Below, in pieces: positions 27,698-37,466 of a stretch of DNA of 64,000 nucleotides. Under the pieces are notes generated by a model. The model searched no databases and was not told the origin of the DNA. It saw only the letters and a program-made list of their open reading frames with translations. Source of the DNA: Myxococcota bacterium (lineage in GTDB: Bacteria; Myxococcota_A; SURF-8); assembly GCA_963674735.2 (NCBI GenBank), contig CAXXQS010000001.1, positions 1,568,001-1,632,000 of the forward strand, written 5' to 3'. The stretch's first letter is position 1. Each line of letters opens with the position of its first letter. A program made the position numbers and the translations under genes.

Positions 27698-29032
27698 TTA
27701 ATCGAGGTTCAACAGGCCATAAGCCTCTTCACCATGCAACGTGTGATCCATCCCGGCCATCTGTTCCGCTTCTTTCATCTTGAAACCAACCAGTTTATCG
27801 ACCAGAACGATCAGGACCAAGGTCATGATCCCCGAATAAACCAAGCTGACCAGAATCCCTTCGCCCTGGTAGAAGAGCTGATCCATGAAAGGCAGACGCC
27901 CTTCCATGGGACGCAAGAGGAAGGCCAGTCCGATGCCCCCCACAATCCCGGCAACGCCGTGAATGCCGAAAACATCCAGAGAGTCGTCATAACCGAGTCG
28001 GCTTTTCAACTGAATGCCGCCGTAGCAGATCAACGAAGCCAACGCCCCAAGTATGATCGCCCCATACGGCTGAACGTCCCCGGCCGCCGGCGTAATGGCC
28101 ACCAATCCGGCCAGAATACCCGACACCATCCCCAGGCTGGAGGCCTTTTTCACATGCAGGGATTCGATCAGAATCCAGGTCAACGCCCCCGAAGCGGCCG
28201 AAATCTGGGTAACGGTGAGTGCTTGGGCGGTTTGCAGACCGCTCGAAACCGCACTGCCTGCGTTGAAGCCGAACCACCCCACCCATAGCAACCCAGCCCC
28301 GATCATGGTCATCACCAAGTTGCTGGGATGCATGGCTGTGGTGGGATATCCGCGTCGGGATCCTAGATAGAGCGCCGTAACCAGTCCGGCAACGCCGGAG
28401 GAAATATGGATCACCGTTCCACCGGCGAAATCGATGGCTTTTCCCGCCAGAAAGCCGTCCCCCGCCCAGATCCAGTGGCAAAGCGGGTTATAAACCAACA
28501 GGCTCCACAAGGCGATGAACAGACAAAAACCACCGAAGCGAACACGTTCCGCAAAGGCCCCGGCAATCAGAGCGGGCGTGATGATAGCGAACTTGCCCTG
28601 GAACATGGCGTAAACCAAGGTCGGGATCGCCATTTCAACGCCATTGACGTCGATCGGATACAAGGAATTGTCGATCCCGCTCAACAGAACCAGATCCCAA
28701 TCCCAGCCCACCCAGCCGCTACCGGGTCCAAAGGCCATCGCATAGCCGCAAACCGTCCACAAAACGCCGATAATGGCCATGGCGGCAAAGCTGTGCATCA
28801 TCGTGCCCAGCACGTTCTTGGTACGCACCAAGCCGCCGTAGAACATGGCAAGGCCGGGAACCATGAGTAAAACCAAGGTTGTGGAGACCAGCATCCAGGC
28901 CGTCGTGCCGGTATCGATGGTCAAGTTCTGCGGATCCTGCGCTTGGGCGAGGACGGGGAGAAAAAGGCTGAATAGCAAAATACCGATCGCCGTTAAACGA
29001 TCTTTCCTGCGTCTGCGTAAATCGGTTCCCAT
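27698..29032 (-). CDS. amtB: Ammonium transporter
   Basis: PGLAMFYGG, FQGKFAIITPALIAGAFAER, DFAGGTVIH, WVGWFGFNAGS and DDSLDVFGIHG (both pore His retained). Confidence 0.97.
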   Translation of the reverse strand: MGTDLRRRRKDRLTAIGILLFSLFLPVLAQAQDPQNLTIDTGTTAWMLVSTTLVLLMVPGLAMFYGGLVRTKNVLGTMMHSFAAMAIIGVLWTVCGYAMAFGPGSGWVGWDWDLVLLSGIDNSLYPIDVNGVEMAIPTLVYAMFQGKFAIITPALIAGAFAERVRFGGFCLFIALWSLLVYNPLCHWIWAGDGFLAGKAIDFAGGTVIHISSGVAGLVTALYLGSRRGYPTTAMHPSNLVMTMIGAGLLWVGWFGFNAGSAVSSGLQTAQALTVTQISAASGALTWILIESLHVKKASSLGMVSGILAGLVAITPAAGDVQPYGAIILGALASLICYGGIQLKSRLGYDDSLDVFGIHGVAGIVGGIGLAFLLRPMEGRLPFMDQLFYQGEGILVSLVYSGIMTLVLIVLVDKLVGFKMKEAEQMAGMDHTLHGEEAYGLLNLD

Positions 29033-29111
29033 CAGCCCATCTCCTTTGAAATCGTCGTTAGGGAAAACCTACGCCCCTCGCACAATACTGTCAACCATAT
29101 TTTGCGTTTTC

Positions 29112-29198
29112 TGCATTTTTCTACATTCACGATTCGTCAATATTCACACTTATTTCAACTAGCGACGTCTCGTTCTCGATTATTTTGCATTTTTCTAC
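29112..29198. promoter_or_regulatory. 13-bp direct repeat upstream of amtB
   Basis: TGCATTTTTCTAC occurs at 29112-29124 and 29186-29198. Confidence 0.4.
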
Positions 29199-29217
29199 GT
29201 GCATTGCGGCGCATAAA

Positions 29218-29250
29218 CAAAAAAACGGAGCGAGAAATCTCACTCCGTTG
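29218..29250 (-). terminator. Intrinsic terminator after the MFS gene
   Basis: AACGGAG..GAG/CTC.CTCCGTT hairpin, with an A tract that reads as U tract on the minus strand. Confidence 0.55.
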
Positions 29251-29272
29251 CAAACTCATGGATATTCGACGA

Positions 29273-30712
29273 TCAGGTGGCTTCAGCCTGCGGTTGCGAT
29301 TCGCCGCTGGTTTGAATCCACTTCTTGAACAAGAGCACTAGAATCGGCGATGAGAGCGCCGTCAGGCCGATCACTCCCCAGAACATCACCGGGTCGAACG
29401 GCCCTCCCTCGGGCGCGTAAGCCGGTAAAATCCAGGCCTGCAGACCCGCGACAACCGGCTTGGAAGCAAACCAGGGGAGAATCGACAAACTCATGTAGGA
29501 ACCTTCCCGTCCCTTGGGCGCAATCGAGGCCGTATATTCGAACAAACGTGGCGACCAGATTCCCTCGCCAATGGTGAACACGATGGTGAAAAGGATCAAG
29601 GGGAAGTACCAGGGATGCAAATCCCCTTCCACCGCCAACAGGGTGGCCGTTACGCTCCCCAGCCAGCTATCCGCCAACGGCTGGAACACCTCGCCCGGAA
29701 TACACAGAATGAACGTTGCAAAGGCCGAAATGAACGAACCCAACACAATCATCTTGAATGAGGAAATTTTCTGCGTCAGGGCTCCGATAAAGGGCACAAA
29801 CACCACGATAATAAAGGGGTTGAGGAAGCCCCAGGCCGTGCCGAACTTGGCCCCTTCACCGATGTAACGCTCCGCGAAAGGCGGCAAAGTATAGTGCATG
29901 TGATAGAAAACGCTTTTGACTCCGACAAGGAACAGCAGAAATAGAATAAACAACCAGAAAGGCTTCTCGCGCACGACCTCGATGAATATTTTAGCCGGGT
30001 TCTCGGTTTTGGTGGCTTGTACGGAAGTGGTGATTTCGCCGCTATCCTCATCCACTGCGACACCGCGACGCAAGAAGAATTGAATGATCAACAACCCCGC
30101 GACCGTCAACACGCCGGAAAGAAAGAAGAGGAACTGGAATTCCGTCATGGCGTAGCCCAGCATCGACACGCTGCCGCCCCAGTTCTTGACCATCGCGCGG
30201 ATCACGTCGAAACCCCAGCCGCCCACCGCATAGCCCACGTTCATCAGAACATAGAACATGGAAAACGCCATGGAACGCTGGTTTTTATCGGTATAACGCC
30301 GGATCGCCGCCGCCACCACCGGCGACATGAGCGACATACCCACCGCAATCGGTCCCAGGCCGATGATCAGTGCCGCCCAGTAATGCATATCGAATGCGAT
30401 AAACAGACGCCCCAGCACGCAAAAGGCGTAACCCAACCAGAAACTGCGCTTGATACCCAGACCATCGGTGATCATACCCGCCACGACCATCATGGCCGAC
30501 AGGATCATCCCCCATACCATCAAGACATAAGCGGCGTGCTCGTCCGACTGATTGAGATCCTTCATCAACCACAGCATCAACGAGAACTGCATCAGGGTGT
30601 AGGCAATGTATTCAATGATATTGATGACATACACCACCCACAACTCGCGTGGAGCACTTTTCAATATCGTGAACTTTTCAATGAAGTCCTTCCATTTATC
30701 CCGCATTCCCAT
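29273..30712 (-). CDS. MFS transporter (POT/peptide-transporter-like)
   Basis: About 12 TM helices, motif-A-like G.ITDGLGIKR, AFSMFY..MNVG, and GEGIWSPR..EY..SIAPKGREGSY. Confidence 0.85.
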   Translation of the reverse strand: MGMRDKWKDFIEKFTILKSAPRELWVVYVINIIEYIAYTLMQFSLMLWLMKDLNQSDEHAAYVLMVWGMILSAMMVVAGMITDGLGIKRSFWLGYAFCVLGRLFIAFDMHYWAALIIGLGPIAVGMSLMSPVVAAAIRRYTDKNQRSMAFSMFYVLMNVGYAVGGWGFDVIRAMVKNWGGSVSMLGYAMTEFQFLFFLSGVLTVAGLLIIQFFLRRGVAVDEDSGEITTSVQATKTENPAKIFIEVVREKPFWLFILFLLFLVGVKSVFYHMHYTLPPFAERYIGEGAKFGTAWGFLNPFIIVVFVPFIGALTQKISSFKMIVLGSFISAFATFILCIPGEVFQPLADSWLGSVTATLLAVEGDLHPWYFPLILFTIVFTIGEGIWSPRLFEYTASIAPKGREGSYMSLSILPWFASKPVVAGLQAWILPAYAPEGGPFDPVMFWGVIGLTALSSPILVLLFKKWIQTSGESQPQAEAT

Positions 30713-30964
30713 GCGTCGCTCCTTGTTGCGAGGCGATTTCCCGCCAATTTTAAAAAAAAGGGGCGGTTCCCCTGTCCAGTGGAACCCTCTCGATAAGTCG
30801 GCGTTTTTCTATAACATAATACTGGGTTGATTGACAATACTCCAAAGTCGAAACCATCGGTCCGTCTTCGGCTCGGGTAAAACAAATTACGGTTGGCAGG
30901 AAACGAACAAAAGGATATAATGAGTGGAGCGCGCGACGTCTACCCAAATAAACGGAGATGCCGA

Positions 30965-32323
30965 ATGTCACTCACTTCGACTAAAGACCCTGCAACGTCA
31001 GAAGCTACCCGACTGTTCGTCTTGGATACCAACGTCCTGCTGCACGATCACCAGGCGATTTACAAGTTTGAAGAACACGATGTCGTCTTACCCATCGTAG
31101 TTTTGGAGGAACTGGATCAATTCAAAAAAGGAAGTGATTCCATCCACTTCCAGGCTCGCGAATTTATCCGTGAACTCGACCGGCTTTCCGGAGACGAGTT
31201 GATCAGCGACGGACTGGCGTTAGGAGAAGGACTCGGACGCCTTTACGTTGAAGTAGGCGCGCCTAAATCGGACCTCGTAACCAGTGCCTTTTCGATGTCC
31301 AAGGCCGATCATCGCATCCTGGCCGTAGCCGATCAACTCGCGAAAACGAACCCCGGCCGACAGGTTATCGTCGTCAGCAAAGATATCAATCTGCGCATGA
31401 AAGCGAAATCACTTGGCATTATTGCACAGGACTACCGCTCGGATAAAGTGCGCAACATCGAAGAGCTCTACACCGGGATTCGTCTGCAAGAAGGGATGGA
31501 CCCCAATCTGATCGCTCAGTTCTACCAAGGTGACGGAAAAATCGATGTTTCCGAGTTCGATCTACCGGATCCGCCGCTGGCCAACCAGTATTTCATTTTG
31601 CGCAACGGTAGCACCAGCGCCTTGGCTCGCTACAATACCGACGAAAAAATGATGGAACGGGTTACGCGTCGCGTTTCCTATAGTATCGAGCCGCGTAATG
31701 CCGAACAGACCTTCGCCATGGATGCGCTATTGAACCGCGACATCCCACTGGTTACCATCACCGGCAAAGCCGGTACCGGAAAAACGCTTCTAGCCCTGGC
31801 CGCCGCCCTGGAACAGCGCCGCCACTACCGCCAAATCTACTTGGCTCGTCCGGTGGTGCCGCTGGGCAACCGCGATATCGGTTATCTTCCCGGCGACATC
31901 CAATCGAAACTCGATCCCTACATGCAGCCGCTGTTCGACAACCTGGGGGTTATTCGACATCGGTTCTCGACCGGTAGCGAAGAATCGAACCGTATCAACG
32001 ACATGCTGGAGAAAGAAAAACTCTACATCGCCCCGTTGGCGTTTATCCGCGGCCGCAGCCTGGACAAGGTTTTCTTCATCGTGGACGAGGCGCAAAACCT
32101 TACCCCGCATGAGATGAAAACCATCATCACCCGAGCGGGCTCCGACAGCAAAATCGTGCTTACCGGCGATATTTTCCAAATCGACACGCCCTATCTCGAC
32201 ACCCAGTCGAACGGGCTGACGTACCTGGTCGATCGGATGCGCGGCCAACGCCTGCACGCCCATATCAACCTGGTCAAAGGAGAGCGCAGCGAACTGGCCG
32301 ACATGGCCAGCAACCTGCTCTAA
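30965..32323 (+). CDS. PIN-PhoH (PhoH2/YlaK-type) protein
   Basis: PIN motifs FVLDTNVLLHD, EELD, D.RIL, SKDINLR; PhoH motifs EQ.FA, GKAGTGKT, IRGRS, DEAQN and GD..QID. Confidence 0.93.
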   Translation: MSLTSTKDPATSEATRLFVLDTNVLLHDHQAIYKFEEHDVVLPIVVLEELDQFKKGSDSIHFQAREFIRELDRLSGDELISDGLALGEGLGRLYVEVGAPKSDLVTSAFSMSKADHRILAVADQLAKTNPGRQVIVVSKDINLRMKAKSLGIIAQDYRSDKVRNIEELYTGIRLQEGMDPNLIAQFYQGDGKIDVSEFDLPDPPLANQYFILRNGSTSALARYNTDEKMMERVTRRVSYSIEPRNAEQTFAMDALLNRDIPLVTITGKAGTGKTLLALAAALEQRRHYRQIYLARPVVPLGNRDIGYLPGDIQSKLDPYMQPLFDNLGVIRHRFSTGSEESNRINDMLEKEKLYIAPLAFIRGRSLDKVFFIVDEAQNLTPHEMKTIITRAGSDSKIVLTGDIFQIDTPYLDTQSNGLTYLVDRMRGQRLHAHINLVKGERSELADMASNLL

Positions 32324-32354
32324 TTCGTAACGGCGACGGCCCGGAAGGTTCTTC

Positions 32355-33557
32355 ATGTTGATCAAAGCCGCTCCCGACATCGACCGCAAGCTGGATATTC
32401 TCGGGGGAGCGGCTAAGTTCGACCTGGCCTGCGGCACCTGCGGCGAAGGACGCAAACGCGACCTGAAACTGGACAAGTGGATCTACCCTTCCGTCATGCC
32501 CGACGGACGCGTGCAGTTGATGCTGAAAGTGCTGATGTCCAACGCCTGCCGCTACAACTGCCTCTATTGCGCCCAGAGAGCCAATCGATCATCGGAGCGG
32601 ACCACCTTCAAACCCGACCAACTGGCCGGTTTATTCGGCGACCTGTGGCATCGAAAGAAAGCGCATGGGCTTTTCCTTTCGTCTTCCATTTATGCCGACA
32701 CCACGACGGTGATGGATGCTATGCTGAAAACGGCGGAACTAGTCCGCAGCCGCTACCATTTCACAGGCTACTTGCATCTGAAACTGCTACCGGGAATCGA
32801 GGACGCGCAAATCGAACGCGCCATTCACCTGGCCGACCGGGTCTCGGTAAATTTTGAAACCACCTGCGATCAGCGACTCGCCCGCATTGCGCCGGAAAAA
32901 CGCTTGAGCGACAGCTTGGAAAAGGTGATGAACACGGCCCACCACCTTTTGAAACGCAAAACTCGTCACGACCGCTGCAAAGGGCTGACCACCCAATTCG
33001 TGGTCGGTCCGGCCGGTGAAAGCGACCGAGAACTCGTGGAAGCCAGTGGCCGCATTTACCGGCAACTCAACCTGAAGCGAATATATTTCAGCGCCCACAA
33101 TCCGGTTCCCGACACGCCTTTGGCCGAAGTCAAGCCCACCCCTCTATGGCGCGAAAACCGTCTTTACCAAGCCGATTTCCTGCTGCGCGAATACGGTTTC
33201 GCTCCCAAAGAGTTTGTGTTCGATGAAAATGAAGGCTTCGATCCGCGCAGCGACCCCAAAACATCCTGGGCGCACGCCCACCCCGAATATTTTCCGCTTG
33301 AAATCAATACGGCGGCGCGTGAACAGCTCCTACGCATCCCCGGAATTGGCCCCATCGGGTCCAAACGCATTCTGGCCGCACGCAAAGAAACGCGCCTTCA
33401 CTATCCCGAGCAGCTCAAAGCCATGGGTGTCCGCGAGCGCCAAGCCGCGCCCTTTTTGCTGTTCGATGGCCGCCGTCGGGCACCGGGCGCTACCCTGGAT
33501 CTGTTTTACGACCAGCCGGCGCTGTCGAATTCTGAAGAAACAGGCCGCACACGGTAA
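32355..33557 (+). CDS. Putative DNA modification/repair radical SAM protein with HhH domain (TIGR03916-like)
   Basis: AKFDLAC, LLMS-type N.CRYNCLYC radical SAM motif, GLFLSS, YLHLK, RE.RLYQADFLLR.YGF and LLRIPGIG. Confidence 0.88.
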   Translation: MLIKAAPDIDRKLDILGGAAKFDLACGTCGEGRKRDLKLDKWIYPSVMPDGRVQLMLKVLMSNACRYNCLYCAQRANRSSERTTFKPDQLAGLFGDLWHRKKAHGLFLSSSIYADTTTVMDAMLKTAELVRSRYHFTGYLHLKLLPGIEDAQIERAIHLADRVSVNFETTCDQRLARIAPEKRLSDSLEKVMNTAHHLLKRKTRHDRCKGLTTQFVVGPAGESDRELVEASGRIYRQLNLKRIYFSAHNPVPDTPLAEVKPTPLWRENRLYQADFLLREYGFAPKEFVFDENEGFDPRSDPKTSWAHAHPEYFPLEINTAAREQLLRIPGIGPIGSKRILAARKETRLHYPEQLKAMGVRERQAAPFLLFDGRRRAPGATLDLFYDQPALSNSEETGRTR

Positions 33558-33585
33558 CACCGATCGATGCAATTACCCATTTTGC

Positions 33586-33614
33586 TTGACTTTTTAGCCC
33601 GGGTTCTCTAGCAT
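33586..33614 (+). promoter_or_regulatory. Putative sigma70 promoter
   Basis: TTGACT-N17-TAGCAT. Confidence 0.5.
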
Positions 33615-33694
33615 TCCGCACGATATACGAACATGTATCGATCAATCTCGGCAACCAGCGAGACGCCCTGTCTCCAACAGAAAGAAAGGTGAAC

Positions 33695-34918
33695 ATGTCT
33701 GCGCACACCAACAAGCTCGTGTTTTTATGGGTCATTCTTCTTACGGTGTTTTGTGTGGGTCTCATTTCGTCCTGCAACACCTCCGACGATCCCCTCGACA
33801 CCGGTGGTAGCGACGGCGACGATCCCGACGGCGACGACCCTGACGGCGACGATCCCGACGGCGACGATCCCGACGGCGACGATCCCGACGGCGACGACCC
33901 CGACGGCGACGATCCCGACGGCGACGATCCCACCTGTGAAGACTATGAAGACGGCTGCTGCATAACCGACGCCGATTGCCTCGAAGGCAAGTGTTTCGAT
34001 GGCGTGTGTGCCGTTTTTCCCACGGAAGAAGCCACAGTCTGGTGGGAAAATTCTCACTATGACGACGAAGAAGGCGATAAAGTCGGCGATTACGAGCAGT
34101 TGTTTGACGGCAGCGATCCCCGCCCGTTGGACCTGAGCTGCACCGGCGGTTTTGAAAACATCGACGACGCCGGAACCATCGATGTTCGCGGCGCGGTGGT
34201 CGTGTTCGGAGTGGAAGCTCCTTGCACGGGCATTCAAGTTGAAGTGTTCGAAGCCATGGATTCCGCCGGAAACCTGCGCACCGATTTCAGCACCGAGAAC
34301 GCCGTCACCACCGGTGCGGTCACCGAAGCTCCCGACGAAAACTTCGAGTGCCACCTGACGATTCCGGATGTGCCCAAAGGCCGTTGGTTGACCATCAAAT
34401 CCTTCGATAATAACAACATCAACTTCCGCGACACCTATATGTGGAACGTTTACATCAAGCCGGAAGAAGACAGCAACGAAGAATTCGAGATGGAAGTTCA
34501 TGCCATCAGCAACACCTCCTGGCAGCTCGTGCCGATCACGGCCGGTGTTTCCAACGGCATCCAGAGCGACCGCGGCGCGGCGGCCGGTACGGTGAAAGAC
34601 TGCAGCGGCCAGCTCGTCAAAGGCGCCACGATCGGCGTCAGCGTGCGCCCCACGAAAATCGCTTATTTCAATGCCACCGTCGAAGACTTGCTGCCGCAAC
34701 AGGGGCTGACCGCCACCAACCTGGATTCGACCTTCTCGCTGGTCAATCAGCCCGCGTGGGAACTGCGCGTGATTGCCTTGGCCCTGATCGACGGCGAAGT
34801 CACCAAAATCGGCGACGTCAGCTATGTTCAGGTCAAACAATCGGTCGCCATTCCGTCTTTCCACGGCATGGGTCCGATCAACTACGGCTACTTCGATCGA
34901 GATACGGACGTGAAATAA
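33695..34918 (+). CDS. Hypothetical lipoprotein with DGDDP repeats, a Cys-rich module and beta-sandwich domains
   Basis: Lipobox ISSCNT, (DGDDP)8, C..D.DC..G.C..G.C module, then carboxypeptidase-regulatory-like G.VKDCSG..V.GA.I. Confidence 0.8.
   Translation: MSAHTNKLVFLWVILLTVFCVGLISSCNTSDDPLDTGGSDGDDPDGDDPDGDDPDGDDPDGDDPDGDDPDGDDPDGDDPTCEDYEDGCCITDADCLEGKCFDGVCAVFPTEEATVWWENSHYDDEEGDKVGDYEQLFDGSDPRPLDLSCTGGFENIDDAGTIDVRGAVVVFGVEAPCTGIQVEVFEAMDSAGNLRTDFSTENAVTTGAVTEAPDENFECHLTIPDVPKGRWLTIKSFDNNNINFRDTYMWNVYIKPEEDSNEEFEMEVHAISNTSWQLVPITAGVSNGIQSDRGAAAGTVKDCSGQLVKGATIGVSVRPTKIAYFNATVEDLLPQQGLTATNLDSTFSLVNQPAWELRVIALALIDGEVTKIGDVSYVQVKQSVAIPSFHGMGPINYGYFDRDTDVK
33812..33931 (+). repeat. Near-perfect 15-bp tandem repeat x8 (DGDDP)
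   Basis: GACGGCGACGA(T/C)CC(C/T) repeated over 120 bp. Confidence 0.95.
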
Positions 34919-34940
34919 GCCCCACTCTTTTCGGTCTTTC

Positions 34941-34970
34941 ATGCCCACCCGGCTTCGGGTGGGCATTTTT
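34941..34970 (+). terminator. Intrinsic terminator
   Basis: ATGCCCACCCG-GCTT-CGGGTGGGCAT followed by TTTT. Confidence 0.85.
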
Positions 34971-35057
34971 CGTTTATCGCGCAACCCGTGTCTTTTGCAC
35001 GCGATTACCAAATGTGCTAAACGTAATCAGGTTCTCAATATTTCAGCGGAGAAGACC

Positions 35058-35516
35058 ATGGCACTGGTAGGAAACATCTTGTGGTTCATTTTCGGTTTCG
35101 GCTGGCTGAGCGGGCTTCTGTGGCTGTTGGCGGGCATCATCAGCTTTCTGACCATTATCGGCATTCCTTTTTCCATTGCCTGTTTCCGCCTCTCGCGTTT
35201 CGTCTTCTTTCCCTTCGGCAAGCAACTGGTGGACGCCCAGGATGTGGGCGAGGAACGCATCGTCGGCACCACTGTCGCCAATGTCATCTGGTTTATCACT
35301 TGTGGAGTATGGTTATTCGTCGCACATATCTTCGCAGGTGTGGCGGAATGTCTGACGATTCTAGGCATTCCCTTGGGACTGGCGCATTTCAAACTGGCCT
35401 TGGTCACCCCCTTCCCTCTCGGAAAGCGTATCGTTTCCAACGAAGTGGCTGAAGCCATCCGGATACGACAGGCGCAGCAGTACGCCGCCGATCACCCCGC
35501 CCTTCCATATAAATAG
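35058..35516 (+). CDS. yccF: YccF-domain inner membrane protein
   Basis: Duplicated GN(I)LWFI.G.W ... TIIGIPF...CF / NVIWFI..G.W ... TILGIPLG.AHFKL. Confidence 0.85.
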   Translation: MALVGNILWFIFGFGWLSGLLWLLAGIISFLTIIGIPFSIACFRLSRFVFFPFGKQLVDAQDVGEERIVGTTVANVIWFITCGVWLFVAHIFAGVAECLTILGIPLGLAHFKLALVTPFPLGKRIVSNEVAEAIRIRQAQQYAADHPALPYK

Positions 35517-35545
35517 TCGGATTTCGCGCTTTCGAAGATACGAGC

Positions 35546-36316
35546 TTACTCGTCCCACTCACCTGTTAATATGGATTTCGCATCGGAGGTCGGTCTGCCA
35601 TCGCCGTTTTCCAAGATGAGCGGAGCTTCGACCACAAGAGACGTGTTGCCCGGTCGCGGTTGCGCCTCGACCAGCACAAGCTTGGCCGCCTGTCCCGGCT
35701 TGCCATGCACCAGCCGCATTCGCGTCGCACTCATTCGTTCTTCGGCCAAAACCGTGAAAAATTCGAAAAGCCGCTCCGCCGGATAAACAACACACAAGCG
35801 TCCCGATGAAATCAACGCGCGCTTGGCACACACCAGTATGTCACGCATATTGGCCGCGAGTTCCTGACGCGCCAGCGCCTCTTGCGGGTTGGGACAGGCT
35901 TTGCCGCTTCCGACCGGGTAAAAGGGAGGATTGGCCGTCATCAGGTGCATGGATTGCGCCGGGATGTGTTCCAGTATTTGCTTGAGATCGGCGGTCATGA
36001 CATCAAAATGCGCCGCCCAATCGTTCATCCGCGCATTGCGTCGGGCCAGTTCCGCCAGTTCGGGCTGCAACTCGATTCCCACCGCCTTTGCAATGCGTTT
36101 CTGGTGCAACAGAATCAACGGAATCACGCCGCAGCCGGTCCCGACATCCAGCAACGTCTCCGTTTCTTTCAGCGGCGGAGCAAAATGAGCCAGCAAAACG
36201 GCATCCACCGAATATCGATAGCCGACTTTCGCTTGGATAAGCGTAATCTGCCCTTCCAGCGCGCCATCGAGCGATTCCGTTCGATAATCGAAAACGGGAA
36301 CGGCTTGGGTGGTCAT
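35546..36316 (-). CDS. yfiC: tRNA1(Val) A37 N6-methyltransferase-like SAM methyltransferase
   Basis: Q...GYRYSVDAVLLA.F, LDVGTGCG, GIELQ, NPPFY and AR.E. Confidence 0.8.
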   Translation of the reverse strand: MTTQAVPVFDYRTESLDGALEGQITLIQAKVGYRYSVDAVLLAHFAPPLKETETLLDVGTGCGVIPLILLHQKRIAKAVGIELQPELAELARRNARMNDWAAHFDVMTADLKQILEHIPAQSMHLMTANPPFYPVGSGKACPNPQEALARQELAANMRDILVCAKRALISSGRLCVVYPAERLFEFFTVLAEERMSATRMRLVHGKPGQAAKLVLVEAQPRPGNTSLVVEAPLILENGDGRPTSDAKSILTGEWDE

Positions 36317-36942
36317 CGGCCTCTACTCCTTAACCCGGCCAAAACATCTTCGAGTCGATCGGCTGGGAGCGCACCTTCACGATAAATTTTGAGTCGCCCG
36401 TCCTCGATTGCCGCAACGGTCGAGCCGCTTGCCACGGCGGACGGGGCGGGATCGGGCAGAACCAGCACGTCTTCGTCTTTGAACACCCGCTCCACCGCCA
36501 ATGGATCGACCAGGGACGATTCGCCGCTCCTGTTCGCACTGGTGGAGGTCAGCGGTTCACCGAACGCCTCAACCAAGCCCTGCGCCACCGGGTGGCTGGA
36601 ACAACGCAGCCCGAGTCGCGGCATGGCTAAGGACGAGCAGGGGCCGTTCTCGACCGGTTTCAGCAAGAGTGTCAAAGGCCCCGGCCAGAAGGCACGGATC
36701 AACGCCCATTCCTGCGCAGAAGGCGGTAAGACGAGATCGTCCAGCCAATCAGGGGACGCAATCAAGATGGAAATGGGACGTTGCCCATCGCGACCCTTCA
36801 GGCGTCGCAGCCGGTTTACGGCACGTTCATTACCGGCGTTGACAGCCAAGCCGTAACAGGTTTCGGTGGGATAGGCCACCACACCGCCTTGTTTCAAATA
36901 CGCGAGCGCTTCGCCCCATTGCGCCAAACCGGGGGAAGTCAT
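36313..36942 (-). CDS. tsaC: L-threonylcarbamoyladenylate synthase
   Basis: VAYPTETCYGL, LKGR, FWPGPLT and TSANRSG. Confidence 0.9.
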   Translation of the reverse strand: MTSPGLAQWGEALAYLKQGGVVAYPTETCYGLAVNAGNERAVNRLRRLKGRDGQRPISILIASPDWLDDLVLPPSAQEWALIRAFWPGPLTLLLKPVENGPCSSLAMPRLGLRCSSHPVAQGLVEAFGEPLTSTSANRSGESSLVDPLAVERVFKDEDVLVLPDPAPSAVASGSTVAAIEDGRLKIYREGALPADRLEDVLAGLRSRGR

Positions 36943-37445
36943 AGATTAGCCAGCTTCTTCTGCAACTTCCGATCCTTCTCGGCCACTCCTTTAGCAAGAG
37001 CGGCTTTGTAATCGGTGTAGGCCTGAGCCAACTTGGCATCCGACAAAGCCAGCATCTGCACCGCCAGCAACCCGGCATTGGTCGCGCCCGATTTGCCGAG
37101 CCCCATGCAAGCCACCGGAACTCCGGGAGGCATCTGGGCGGTGGCGAGAAGAGAATCAATGCCGTTCAAAGAACTGGAATCGATGGGAACGCCGATCACC
37201 GGTAAAATCGTTTCAGACGCAAGCACGCCGGCCAGATGCGCCGCCATACCCGCCCCCGCAATAATGCACGCCACATTCGACTTGGCGGCCGAGCGGGCCA
37301 ACTTGATCGTTCGTGCCGGGGAACGATGCGCCGAACTGACCATCATTTTGCAAGGAATACCGAACTTTTCCAGCACCTTGTAAGCGCCCATCATGATGTC
37401 GGTATCGGAATCGGATCCCATGATGATCCAAACTTGTTTACTCAT
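36939..37445 (-). CDS. purE: N5-CAIR mutase
   Basis: IMGSDSD, SAHRSP, AGAGMAAHLAG, PVIGVP and QMPPGVPVA. Confidence 0.97.
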   Translation of the reverse strand: MSKQVWIIMGSDSDTDIMMGAYKVLEKFGIPCKMMVSSAHRSPARTIKLARSAAKSNVACIIAGAGMAAHLAGVLASETILPVIGVPIDSSSLNGIDSLLATAQMPPGVPVACMGLGKSGATNAGLLAVQMLALSDAKLAQAYTDYKAALAKGVAEKDRKLQKKLANL

Positions 37446-37466
37446 GCTGTTTTTCTCCCTTGCCGA

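Noticed and set aside
8938-29032. Nitrogen fixation cluster (nifH-like gene plus amtB-glnK 14 kb away)
   Set aside because: No nifB/E/N or recognisable FeMoco ligands, the component-1 subunits are too divergent, and unrelated genes separate the loci.
33812-33931. CRISPR array
   Set aside because: Contiguous 15-bp in-frame coding units with no spacers and no cas genes. The same applies to 2075-2200 and 4701-4775.
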